A stretch of 64,000 nt of DNA, from the IMG/VR virus record IMGVR_UViG_3300037755_000305, positions 96,001 through 160,000 of that record; one strand, written 5' to 3'. The stretch comes from a virus. A model generated the notes under the pieces. That model saw only the letters and a list, made by a program, of their open reading frames with translations, had not been told where the DNA came from and did not search any database. How positions within the stretch are numbered: position 1 is the stretch's first letter; each line of letters starts with the position of its first letter. The translations under genes were made by a program, and so were the position numbers. Positions 48,523 to 58,024 of the stretch are shown piece after piece.

Positions 48523-51500
48523 GAGTAGAAGCGACAAAAGACGCCATGGTCCAGGCATTCGCTCGGGCAATCGAAGCCCAGGGTGGCAAGGCGCTTTTGG
48601 TCGGGGGGCTCGTGCGTGATGAAATTTTGGGGCTGCCTTCGAAGGATTACGATTTCGAAGTTTTTGGGCTTCCAATGAAAAAAGTTCAGCAGATCCTTTC
48701 CCAGTTCGGGAACGTGAAGGAAGTAGGGCAGCAGTTTGGTGTTCTGAACATCCAAGAGCTTGATTGGGACGTTGCTCTTCCCCGCAGGGAGATGAAGACC
48801 GGAGAGGGGCACAAGGGATTCGATGTGGTCCCAGACCCCACCATGAGCATCGAAGATGCCGCCCGCAGGCGAGACCTAACTATCAACGCTTTGTCGAAAG
48901 ATCCGCTTACCGGCGAAATCATCGACCCGTTGAATGGTATAGCGGACCTTGAGGACGGAATTCTGCGTATGGCGGACCCAAATACCTTCGGCGATGACCC
49001 TCTACGAGCCCTCAGGGTGGCCCAGTTCGCCGCTCGTTTCGATTTCGATGTAGACCCAGCAACCCTTGCCGTTGTCGCAGCACAGCCTCTTGAGGAGCTT
49101 CCAGGGGAGCGAATTCTGCCGGAGTTCTCCAAGATGCTTCTGAAGGGCAAAAAACCGAGCCGAGGCATAGAGGTTATGCGACGTGCTAATCTGTTACGCT
49201 ATTTCCCGGAAATAGAGGCTCTACAGGGTGTTCCGCAGGACGCTATCCACCACCCCGAGGGGGACGTGTACGTCCATACGCTAATGGTGCTGGATGAGGC
49301 AGCAAAAGAACGCACAGGGGACCCAGCATTCGATCTTCCACTGATGTTTGGAGCACTGTGTCACGACTTTGGAAAGCCTGAGTTCACCCAGCACGTCGAG
49401 GACCGCATCAAGTCCCACGGACATGAAGAAGGCGGCGAAGCGCCCACTCGCGAGTTCTTACAGAGAATGAAGGCCCCGAATGAGCTGACCGAGCAGGTTG
49501 CCACGCTCGTAAGCACACATCTACGTCCGCAGCTAATGGCCGGAACCGGAGGCCGAAAAGGATACCGGAAGCTAAGCCGTCTGTTGTCGGACGCTAACGT
49601 GAGCCCTGAGTTGCTGGCCGCTGTTTCGAAGGCGGACAGTCTAGGACGTACCACGGAATCTGCGTTACGCCGAGATACTTCCCGGCAGGACCAGTTCCTT
49701 CAGGAGTACAATGAGCACGTTACTTCTCAGGCTCCTGCGGGCGGCAAGCTCGTGGACTCTGTTTCAGGTAAGCACCTAATCGCGAAAGGCTTCAAGCCCG
49801 GACCCGACATGGGTAAGTTCCTTGCTCTGACTCGTTCGATCGAAGACGAGACAGGAATCTCGAACCCCGACAAGCTAATCGAATTGGCTACCCGTTTTTT
49901 GAGTGATCGCTCGGAGGGGAGCGGTTCTCAAAAGAAGGAGAATCCTAACGATTGTGGGGATTCCCACATTCGTCCTGGCGAAGAGTGCTTCGACGGAGAT
50001 TATCGCGAAGAGCGCAAAAAAGGCAATACCAAAAGTACCCTAGCCGACGGTCTTGATTGGACTGTTAGTCGTCCTTGCGGTGACGATGAAAGTTATCCCG
50101 ATAAGTGTACAGGTCCGGGGTCCGAGCAGCAGTGGGAATTGCCTCCTGATCCGCCGCCATATCAAAAAGGAGACGAACTGGCACTTCCGCCTGAGCTTGA
50201 AGAAAAATCTCCTGTCCAGCCTAAATTGGGACCAGATGCTTGGGATCTTCCGTTTACCGACGAAGAGCTAAACAATCCTAAGCAGAAAGCTGCTGACGAG
50301 AAGATGCTAAAGAAGGTTGAAAAGGAACAGCAGAAGAAAGACCAGTCAGCAGACAGGGCAGGACAAGATCTTGAGAAGGCTGGGGATAAGGCTATAAGGG
50401 ATGCCAAAAAACTACAGGAGCAGGATGCCGCAAAGAAGGACAAAGAGCTGGAACAACGACGAAAAATTTCCGATCGAGATGCTCTAAAGAAAGAAAAAGA
50501 GTGGCAGAAGAATCGTAAACTTCAAGAGAAGGATACCGCACAGCAAGCTAAGAAGGCAGACATGGCTAAAAAAGCTGCTGAAAAAGAAGCGCAGAAAGAA
50601 GCTTTGAAACAGCAGAAGCTTGATGAGAAAGCTAAGAACGATGCTGCTAAGCAAGCTGCAAAGTTGACCAAAGAACAAGAACAGGGGCTCAAGAAAGCCG
50701 AGCAAGATTACAATAAGTGGCTAGCTACCACACCTAAGACACAAGTTCCTCAAGGCATGGATTTCCAAGCATGGTTGAAGTACGTCCTTTTGGGTCCGGA
50801 AGAGAACTCCAAGAGTGGAAGACAAATAAATAAGTTACACCAACCTAATAAAGGTACTCAGCCTTCCCTAAGTGCTTTGGCAGGAAAAGGTCCCAGCGGA
50901 TTCCGAACGAACCCTGACCCTACAGAGGACGATTTTTTGCTGTGGCACACATTCGAATGGCCTGCCGATCAGAAAGGCAAATCCCAACACCCTGGTCTGG
51001 CTGGGCTGGCGTTGGGAGATCCGCGCCCATGCTATCCTGAAGAAACCCCAGAAGAGGGGCACTGTAACCCAAACATTTCTCCCCAAACACCGGGAAGTGG
51101 CAATGAACTATCTGAGCACGACTTGACACTTATTCGAGACCAAGCCCGCCTTCAACACGCGGAAACTCCAGAGCAGATCCAAGGATTGACCGATGCCTGG
51201 AAAGCTGCGAAGTCTGTGGTACATACTAACCCAGAAATCTTATCCGACCCAGAAGCTACGGAAAATCTCGCTCTCCAGTTGGTTACCACAATGGAACCTA
51301 GAAACCAAGGGCGCTACAGGCACGTACCTGTGACGTTCGGTCCCGGAAAGCCTCCTGGATTGGACCCGGATCGTGTACCTCGCGCTATGGAATCTCTGTT
51401 CATGGCGTATTCAGAGCAATTATTGGAGCCGGATGAGTGGTATCACGAGTTCCAGAAGGTGCATCCATTCGAAGATGGAAACGGTCGTGTAGGTGATCTT

Positions 51501-52991
51501 CTATGGAAGATGGACAAAGTTCGACGCGGAGAGCCGTGGCCCAACACGCATCCGCCGGATTTCTTCGGAACAGACAAGAGTGACTATACGGCAGAGGTTA
51601 CTGCCGAGCCGCAACGACTACACAAGCGCACCACTAACTACCCTGGAGTAAAGGATTTCGATCGTGGTACTCGTTTTTCTAAACATCCCCTAGAGGGTCC
51701 GTTCGGACGTGACGGATTCGGCGGCTCTACGCCTCTTCCACAGAAAGAACTGGAATCTGGACCTAACGGTATGACGCCAGAAACAGGAATCTTCCCAGAT
51801 TGGACTGGATCGGGTATGCACGGGCACGGACAGCCGGATAAGGCACCCACACGACCTCATGAACATATGAATCCAGAAACCTCTCCAACTGATCCAAACG
51901 ATTATGAGAAAGGGATAGACTATTTGGATTGGGATGAATCTCCGACACACTCAGATGTTGGTCCGGATAATAGGGAACCGTTTCCCGGTGCTGACGAATT
52001 CCCGAAATCAGAGCCGCCGAACGACAAAGGTGCTGGCTTTCTAGCCACACAGTTGCCGTTCCCACAACTTTTGGACACGGACACACCACACCCATCCCCC
52101 GCACGAAGTGCTGAGGAGTCTCCGCCTTCCAGCTTCCCTGGACAAGTTGTACGGAAGCCGGGTGGTGGTGGATTGGACAGAGCGCCGATGCGCAGACCGG
52201 TTGGCAAGCCTTCTGGTACGGGCTTTTTGCCCGTACAGAATACTCCTGCTCCAGATCAGAACATGTTCAAAGCTGATCTTGATCCGTCTAAGGTCCCTGG
52301 TCCTGGAGGACAAAACCCGGGCGGCAAACACCTGGACCGGCAGCGAGGCGGGCGCGGCGGTGGAACGAAGATTCGTCCGCATTTCGATTACGACTACACA
52401 GGCAAGAAACCCGGGTTCCAGTCTATCGACTTGCCTACAGAGCACGTTTATCCTGCCGACGTCGAAGCCGCCAGAACCATGGAAGATCTAATGGATATAG
52501 ACTCTGTTTTCCCCAAGGATTACAATCCTGAATGGGGTCCGACGAAGCCAGAAATGGGCGGAACACCAAGACATCGTAACGAAAGACACGTTGCGCCCGA
52601 TCCCATCAAAGAGCCTTTCGTGCCCGAAGAGCTTATCGCAGACGACGACGCCAACATAGAACAAAAACAGGTTCAACCTCTGGTCCCGAACCAGAAGATG
52701 GCGATTGCTGTAGACCCTAACGGTCCTATGGGCGAGCGCATCGTAATCATGTCGCCGCTATTCGAGGAAGCCAGCCCAGCTATTATGGCGCTTAGATCCC
52801 ACAGATTTGAGCGTCATGGCGGTGTCGTCATTGACGGTCCTCCTCAATGGCTTCTGGGGATTACGCCACGCCTGGAAGCTCTTGACCGCTCTTCTGGTCA
52901 CGAAGGAGCAGACGATCTGTTCGCCCGCGTGATGCAGCTCATTCAATCTGCTGGGATGCCTATCGAGTACGAACAAGAGCCCAGACCGTAA
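48519..52991 (+). CDS. cca: CCA-adding tRNA nucleotidyltransferase (with HD domain) fused to a coiled coil, a Fic domain and long Pro-rich regions
   Basis: GGLVRD, DYD, RRDLTINAL, DDPLR, HHPEGDV..H, CHDFGK in about aa 1-465; GRYRHVPV..HPFEDGNGR Fic motif near 51462. Confidence 0.88.
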   Translation: MRVEATKDAMVQAFARAIEAQGGKALLVGGLVRDEILGLPSKDYDFEVFGLPMKKVQQILSQFGNVKEVGQQFGVLNIQELDWDVALPRREMKTGEGHKGFDVVPDPTMSIEDAARRRDLTINALSKDPLTGEIIDPLNGIADLEDGILRMADPNTFGDDPLRALRVAQFAARFDFDVDPATLAVVAAQPLEELPGERILPEFSKMLLKGKKPSRGIEVMRRANLLRYFPEIEALQGVPQDAIHHPEGDVYVHTLMVLDEAAKERTGDPAFDLPLMFGALCHDFGKPEFTQHVEDRIKSHGHEEGGEAPTREFLQRMKAPNELTEQVATLVSTHLRPQLMAGTGGRKGYRKLSRLLSDANVSPELLAAVSKADSLGRTTESALRRDTSRQDQFLQEYNEHVTSQAPAGGKLVDSVSGKHLIAKGFKPGPDMGKFLALTRSIEDETGISNPDKLIELATRFLSDRSEGSGSQKKENPNDCGDSHIRPGEECFDGDYREERKKGNTKSTLADGLDWTVSRPCGDDESYPDKCTGPGSEQQWELPPDPPPYQKGDELALPPELEEKSPVQPKLGPDAWDLPFTDEELNNPKQKAADEKMLKKVEKEQQKKDQSADRAGQDLEKAGDKAIRDAKKLQEQDAAKKDKELEQRRKISDRDALKKEKEWQKNRKLQEKDTAQQAKKADMAKKAAEKEAQKEALKQQKLDEKAKNDAAKQAAKLTKEQEQGLKKAEQDYNKWLATTPKTQVPQGMDFQAWLKYVLLGPEENSKSGRQINKLHQPNKGTQPSLSALAGKGPSGFRTNPDPTEDDFLLWHTFEWPADQKGKSQHPGLAGLALGDPRPCYPEETPEEGHCNPNISPQTPGSGNELSEHDLTLIRDQARLQHAETPEQIQGLTDAWKAAKSVVHTNPEILSDPEATENLALQLVTTMEPRNQGRYRHVPVTFGPGKPPGLDPDRVPRAMESLFMAYSEQLLEPDEWYHEFQKVHPFEDGNGRVGDLLWKMDKVRRGEPWPNTHPPDFFGTDKSDYTAEVTAEPQRLHKRTTNYPGVKDFDRGTRFSKHPLEGPFGRDGFGGSTPLPQKELESGPNGMTPETGIFPDWTGSGMHGHGQPDKAPTRPHEHMNPETSPTDPNDYEKGIDYLDWDESPTHSDVGPDNREPFPGADEFPKSEPPNDKGAGFLATQLPFPQLLDTDTPHPSPARSAEESPPSSFPGQVVRKPGGGGLDRAPMRRPVGKPSGTGFLPVQNTPAPDQNMFKADLDPSKVPGPGGQNPGGKHLDRQRGGRGGGTKIRPHFDYDYTGKKPGFQSIDLPTEHVYPADVEAARTMEDLMDIDSVFPKDYNPEWGPTKPEMGGTPRHRNERHVAPDPIKEPFVPEELIADDDANIEQKQVQPLVPNQKMAIAVDPNGPMGERIVIMSPLFEEASPAIMALRSHRFERHGGVVIDGPPQWLLGITPRLEALDRSSGHEGADDLFARVMQLIQSAGMPIEYEQEPRP

Positions 52992-53011
52992 GTTCTCGTT
53001 ATCTTTCCAGT

Positions 53012-53632
53012 ATGGGATTTTTCAATTGGATTCTAGAGTTGTTTGGTGCTGTACAGGCTGAAAAGCCTGCTGTGCAAACCCCTGTGTCTCCGACCAATTT
53101 ATCACCAAGCGTAACACAGGAGGAGCCCAAAATGGACAAATTCGATATAGCTATGAAATTCACCCTAAAATGGGAAGGTGGTTACAACGATATTCCAGAA
53201 GATCCTGGTGGCGAGACCAATTTCGGTATAGCAAAAAGATCTCACCCAGAAGTAGACATCAAAAATCTAACAGAAGAAAAAGCAAAGGAAATTTACCGAA
53301 AGGATTACTGGAACAAAATTAGCGGCGACAATCTTCCACCTTCCGTGGCATTGGCTGTGATGGACTACGCCGTAAACTCAGGCGTTAGCCGTTCCGCCAA
53401 AACCTTACAAAAAATAGTGGGAGCCGTAGCCGATGGAGCTATAGGTCCTGCAACATTGAAGAAGGTAGTTGCAGCAGTAGAGAAGAAAGGAGAGCTTGGC
53501 GTAGCTCAAGATGTAGTAATGGAAAGAGTAGGTTTCCTTTGTAAACTGGTGAAAAGCAAACCAGAAATGTCTGTATTTTTGCACGGATGGATGAAAAGGA
53601 CTCATCAGTGCATGGCTGAGGTTTCGAAATAA
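53012..53632 (+). CDS. endolysin, glycoside hydrolase family 108 with peptidoglycan-binding domain
   Basis: WEGGY...EDPGGETNFGI; D.AVNSG; F..GW..R. Confidence 0.88.
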   Translation: MGFFNWILELFGAVQAEKPAVQTPVSPTNLSPSVTQEEPKMDKFDIAMKFTLKWEGGYNDIPEDPGGETNFGIAKRSHPEVDIKNLTEEKAKEIYRKDYWNKISGDNLPPSVALAVMDYAVNSGVSRSAKTLQKIVGAVADGAIGPATLKKVVAAVEKKGELGVAQDVVMERVGFLCKLVKSKPEMSVFLHGWMKRTHQCMAEVSK

Positions 53633-53937
53633 TGTCCCATTCTTCTGTAGTTGTAAATCGTAGGGGTAGGCTTATTGTTAGACGCAATTTAGTATTGTGG
53701 CTGGATGCTTCAGACGAAAGTACCATTAGCTCTTCAGGAGACAAAGTTGATTCGTGGTCTGACAAAAGTGGCGTAAACTTAACAGGCTTGTTTGAACCGT
53801 TCGACTCTATGTTTAGACCTGATTACGCATTGGTAGGTAATAGAATCAATGGCTTGAACACAGTTACTTTTGTGCAAGAATCTGGGCCCGCTTCTCCGGC
53901 ACAAGCTCTTCAAAGCCAACCTGGAAAAATCTATTAG
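53632..53937 (+). CDS. N-terminal fragment of a LamG-like protein
   Basis: LVLWLDASDESTI...VDSWSDKSG; continues in the -1 frame. Confidence 0.65.
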   Translation: MSHSSVVVNRRGRLIVRRNLVLWLDASDESTISSSGDKVDSWSDKSGVNLTGLFEPFDSMFRPDYALVGNRINGLNTVTFVQESGPASPAQALQSQPGKIY

Positions 53938-53963
53938 GGGCGGACGGAGGAACCATATTTTGT

Positions 53964-55922
53964 GTGATAGAGAGTGATCTTTCTCAAAACTCTTTTACCA
54001 CTACGACGACTACGCCAACAACAACAACCAGCACTTATACTACAACATCTCCAGACAACGGCTATTTTTTTTGGAAGGGTAACCTATCAGACTTTTCCCC
54101 AGATTACACGTTAGATCCAACTAATTTTGAATGGGAAATTGAAGGTGAAGAAGATTATGGACAGACTCCGTTGGGTTTGCTTCCTGGCCCTGAACTAACA
54201 CCTAGCATTTTAATGGCGCGCATAGACGGAATAGAGGATAGTTCTATAGGTTCTGAGAACGGTGTGGTGGGTTCCCTCGGGACTGGACTATGGTCCGAAA
54301 AAGCTGCATCTGATGTGAATTCTCCTCATTTCTTGGGTTCCGCTTTTGACCAAGACGTAGAAGAGGTGTACGCGGGCTTTTTTGGGTCTATTGCAGAAAT
54401 TTTAGTTTATGACAGCCCACTTACTAGTAGCGAAATAAATAAAATTGAAACATACCTTTCTATAAAATGGGGAATTCCTTTACTTAATTTATTTGAACGC
54501 TCTATTTTACCCGCTGATACTAGTTTCCAAATGAGTACGGGAGATGAAATAAATGTAGGTATATTTAACGAATGGTCTATAATGTTCAGATCTAAGAGGG
54601 GAGAATCCTCTGCCGAAGAGTTGGACGAAGCTATTTGGATAGACATTTTGGACTTTGACGATAATAGCTCTAGAATAACAGTAACAAATGATGATTCAAC
54701 GTCAGGTGACGGTGTTAGGTACATGGAAGTTAGAGCATACGATACGGACAGCGAGAGCAACGGACTATTACAAGCATATAGATTTCCTCCAGACATTTCT
54801 TTCGGTCCTTGGGAATTGTTTATCATTACGTACGATGGGACTAGGGCAGCCAACAACAGAATTAAATTGTATAAGCCTAGAACAGAAGACACTACTGCCA
54901 TAGAGCAGTCTTTAGGGGGCTCAAATACTGGAGCCCCTGTTGGCGAAGCCTTTGTAGACGATTCTATAACTATGACTAATACAACAAGGGCGATAACTTT
55001 TAGAAGTAACCAAACTAAAAATCAACACGCTATTTGGAACAGAGTTCTAACAGATGAGGAAATAGTTTATATTGGTCGAAACATTGGAATGGACTTAAAT
55101 CGGGATTCCGACCCCGGTCAAGTAGTTATACAAGAAACAGGAACACTAACAAGCCCTTCAACAGGAGCGGCTTTAAACACATCGGAATTTCTTCCGCCTC
55201 CTACAACATCAGACACAGTAAATATGGTGGGATACACGTTAAGTGTAACAAGCGGTACCGGTTCGGGCAACAGTTTTGTAGTAGGAGCACAAGAACCTAC
55301 GGGATCAAATTCTGGACCTATGATACTTGGAGAAACTAATCAACTCATGGGTATCATTGCAGCAGATCAAAGCGGTATGAGTAGTTCACAAATTCGTATA
55401 GATTCTGCTATTTTTGGATCATTTCCCATGACTGTAGATGAACACGTTGGAAGAGTTTTGGTTTTCAAAAAAGTTAATGAAGATCCATTTTATGTGGAAA
55501 GCGGAGTAATCATAAGCAATACAGACACTACTGTAACTGTGTCGGCTCCGTGGACAGTTACGCCAAGCGGTGCTCCTGATCCATTTGAGGAGAGTGCTCC
55601 TATAGTCTCAATATGGGACCCTTTGGGATTCTCTTTAGATGATACATCCGTATACAATCTATCAAACGAAGTTATAGGTTCTTACGGGGCTGCCGGAAAT
55701 TTGACACACTGGTACAGACCAGGTTTTGATGAAAATAACATAGGTAAGGATTACAGCCAGCTTGCTTTTGATGCAGGGGAAACTGCTGACATGTCTACGC
55801 CTCCAGGACCTCCTGGTGTTATTACGAATAGCGGATTCGCCAATCAAGAAGATTTGGTAGTAGAAGACATACCAGAACCTACGATAGATGGGGTTCCTAA
55901 CAACGGGCAGGGCGGATTTTGA
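53964..55922 (+). CDS. LamG/ConA-like multidomain protein (C-terminal part)
   Basis: GSIAEILVYD..LT.SEI.KIE.YLS.KWG closes the first LamG fold; second LamG-like domain; Thr-rich linker. Confidence 0.7.
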   Translation: MIESDLSQNSFTTTTTTPTTTTSTYTTTSPDNGYFFWKGNLSDFSPDYTLDPTNFEWEIEGEEDYGQTPLGLLPGPELTPSILMARIDGIEDSSIGSENGVVGSLGTGLWSEKAASDVNSPHFLGSAFDQDVEEVYAGFFGSIAEILVYDSPLTSSEINKIETYLSIKWGIPLLNLFERSILPADTSFQMSTGDEINVGIFNEWSIMFRSKRGESSAEELDEAIWIDILDFDDNSSRITVTNDDSTSGDGVRYMEVRAYDTDSESNGLLQAYRFPPDISFGPWELFIITYDGTRAANNRIKLYKPRTEDTTAIEQSLGGSNTGAPVGEAFVDDSITMTNTTRAITFRSNQTKNQHAIWNRVLTDEEIVYIGRNIGMDLNRDSDPGQVVIQETGTLTSPSTGAALNTSEFLPPPTTSDTVNMVGYTLSVTSGTGSGNSFVVGAQEPTGSNSGPMILGETNQLMGIIAADQSGMSSSQIRIDSAIFGSFPMTVDEHVGRVLVFKKVNEDPFYVESGVIISNTDTTVTVSAPWTVTPSGAPDPFEESAPIVSIWDPLGFSLDDTSVYNLSNEVIGSYGAAGNLTHWYRPGFDENNIGKDYSQLAFDAGETADMSTPPGPPGVITNSGFANQEDLVVEDIPEPTIDGVPNNGQGGF

Positions 55923-56518
55923 ATAACATAGAGGTGGGGCATAAATCTAATTCTGATACTACGTACATTGTAAGTGGGCACCCTAGGTCTGGCACATCAA
56001 TGATGATGAAGGCTTTAATAGCTGGTGGTCTTGAGGGCGAGTTTAGCCGAGAAAGAAATAGACAAAAAACACAACGAAAAAAACCAGAGTATGAAGCAAA
56101 TCCAGGCGGTTTTTATGAACTTGCAAAAAGAGTTCAAATGCAGCCTAGGTTTCCAGAGCTTTTCGAAGGTAAGCTAATAAAAGTGTTATTCAGGGGTCTA
56201 GGGAACCTATACCCAGGAAATTACAAGGTTGTGTATATGTTAAGAAACCCTGAAGAGATTTCTGCGTCTATGGAAAAGGTAGGAATGAGACCAAGACGAC
56301 TTGGGTGGAGTAGACCTGAAGACTATTTTGATGTAATGCAACATTACCTTACTGTTGCAGATAATAGAAAAGACATGGAAATTATTCAAATGTGGTATTC
56401 AGACGTTATAGACGACCCTATAAAAGCTTTCGGTAAAGTAAAAGCTTTCGGAATTCCTGTAGACGTGAGGCTGGCCTCTAAAGTTGTTACTTCGAATTTG
56501 TACAGAAATAGAGCATAG
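55919..56518 (+). CDS. sulfotransferase (P-loop, PAPS-dependent)
   Basis: IVSGHPRSGTSMMM (5'-PSB) and YMLRNPEEISAS (3'-PB). Confidence 0.8.
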   Translation: MNNIEVGHKSNSDTTYIVSGHPRSGTSMMMKALIAGGLEGEFSRERNRQKTQRKKPEYEANPGGFYELAKRVQMQPRFPELFEGKLIKVLFRGLGNLYPGNYKVVYMLRNPEEISASMEKVGMRPRRLGWSRPEDYFDVMQHYLTVADNRKDMEIIQMWYSDVIDDPIKAFGKVKAFGIPVDVRLASKVVTSNLYRNRA

Positions 56519-56519
56519 A

Positions 56520-56936
56520 CTAACCAGAGGGACAGAATACTTGTCTAATCTTATCAATGATATCGCTCGTGTGTGTCTGCGAGCCAACCTCCAGACAAAA
56601 GGTCTGTTTAGCGTACTCTCGGCCGAGTACCTCGTCTGGGGAATAGTCTGGACCCTTCACTAAGACATCCGGACAAATCTCTGATAGCAAGCGCTCCGGC
56701 GTATCTTCGCTGAAGATGCGTACTTCGTCAACACACTCCAAAGCATCCAGAACTTCGTATCGTGACTGTTCATCGTTGATGGGGTTGCGGCCCTTATGGC
56801 GTCGGAAGCTTTCATCCGAATTAAGACCTACAATGAGCCAATCTCCGTAGTTCTTGGCAGCAACCAAATACCTAACGTGACCTACATGGAGTAGGTCGAA
56901 ACAACCGTTTGTGAATACTACTTTTTTATTGCTCAT
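56520..56936 (-). CDS. RfaE domain II-like sugar-phosphate nucleotidyltransferase (heptose-1-P adenylyltransferase family)
   Basis: VFTNGCFDLLHVGHVRYL..A..GD.LIVGLNSD.S..KG..PI...LVKG.DY. Confidence 0.85.
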   Translation of the reverse strand: MSNKKVVFTNGCFDLLHVGHVRYLVAAKNYGDWLIVGLNSDESFRRHKGRNPINDEQSRYEVLDALECVDEVRIFSEDTPERLLSEICPDVLVKGPDYSPDEVLGREYAKQTFCLEVGSQTHTSDIIDKIRQVFCPSG

Positions 56937-57945
56937 GGTGTACTACCATATTCCTAATGACTAAGAGAAGCATAATACCGAATACCAGACCAAGAGGTAT
57001 AGAAGGCTCTGGCACCGGTACTATAGGACCAACTCCAGAAACAGCCGCCACACGGAATCCAGTACCAGAAGCCTCTTGCATAGGACCTTCCGCGAACCTA
57101 TGGGAAGAGGCTAATGTGTATACCCCTGTGTTGAGACTGCCACCACGAATAATTCTCCGATCCTCACTGATCTCCTCTGTCCATTCCCAGACGTTTCCGC
57201 CTTGGTCAAATGTTCCATAAGGACCAGATGTTGTAGAATAGGAGCCTACTGGCGTCTTTTCTCCCGGGTAGCTTCCCACAATATTGTTACAATTGGCTTG
57301 GTTTTCAGTCGAAGAAGGAGCGGCACATACTGGGGCAGTATTAGAAAAAGGATACTTGGTATAGCTATCAGTATCATTGTGATAATACGCTGCCTTGTAC
57401 CATTCATTCTCATTAGGCAGAAACACTAGTGCTCCAGGGTTTCTAGTTACGCTGTTATTAGCAATCTTTTCTGGTGTGAGTGTGTACGCTCCGTCTTCTG
57501 TAGTGTTCTCATCTTGAGCACCAGAAAGTGCCCCGTTATGTAACCAATTCACGTATCGAACAGCGTCATAAAAAGATACGAACGTAACGGGACGTATTTT
57601 TAGTTCTTCCACAACAGAGTAAGTGTAGTTTCCTGAAGCGCCTTTTCTACGTATTGAAGGAAATTTTCTCAACGGAGGAAAGCTTTTGGACATTTCTGGG
57701 TTGTAGAGACCAAACGTATCAACAGCAGCCACAGCGTTCAAAAACATTACATACTGTTGATTCGTAACCTCGAATATGGATAACCTGAACTCGTAAGGGA
57801 CCACACCGCATGCGGCTGAACAATTTCCCGAAGCATCGAAGGAAGCTTCTGTGTCTGCTATGTTTACCGCCTCATGGTATTCTTCGGCTGCGCTAGTGCT
57901 GGAAAGCAATAAAACTAGAAATAAAACATGGAGCCAGAAACGCAT
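56926..57945 (-). CDS. secreted FGE/SUMF1-domain protein with PEP-CTERM sorting signal
   Basis: signal peptide MRFWLHVLFLVLLLSSTSA; FEVTNQQY..FLN, YGTFDQGGNVWEW, RGGS; C-terminal VPEP followed by a TM helix. Confidence 0.8.
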   Translation of the reverse strand: MRFWLHVLFLVLLLSSTSAAEEYHEAVNIADTEASFDASGNCSAACGVVPYEFRLSIFEVTNQQYVMFLNAVAAVDTFGLYNPEMSKSFPPLRKFPSIRRKGASGNYTYSVVEELKIRPVTFVSFYDAVRYVNWLHNGALSGAQDENTTEDGAYTLTPEKIANNSVTRNPGALVFLPNENEWYKAAYYHNDTDSYTKYPFSNTAPVCAAPSSTENQANCNNIVGSYPGEKTPVGSYSTTSGPYGTFDQGGNVWEWTEEISEDRRIIRGGSLNTGVYTLASSHRFAEGPMQEASGTGFRVAAVSGVGPIVPVPEPSIPLGLVFGIMLLLVIRNMVVHHEQ

Positions 57946-58024
57946 ATGCTGTGTAGATCCTTTCGAATTATGTCTTATACAAGCCCAGCGTCTCCCTTTA
58001 GTGTTCATTCGCACAAGGTGTACA

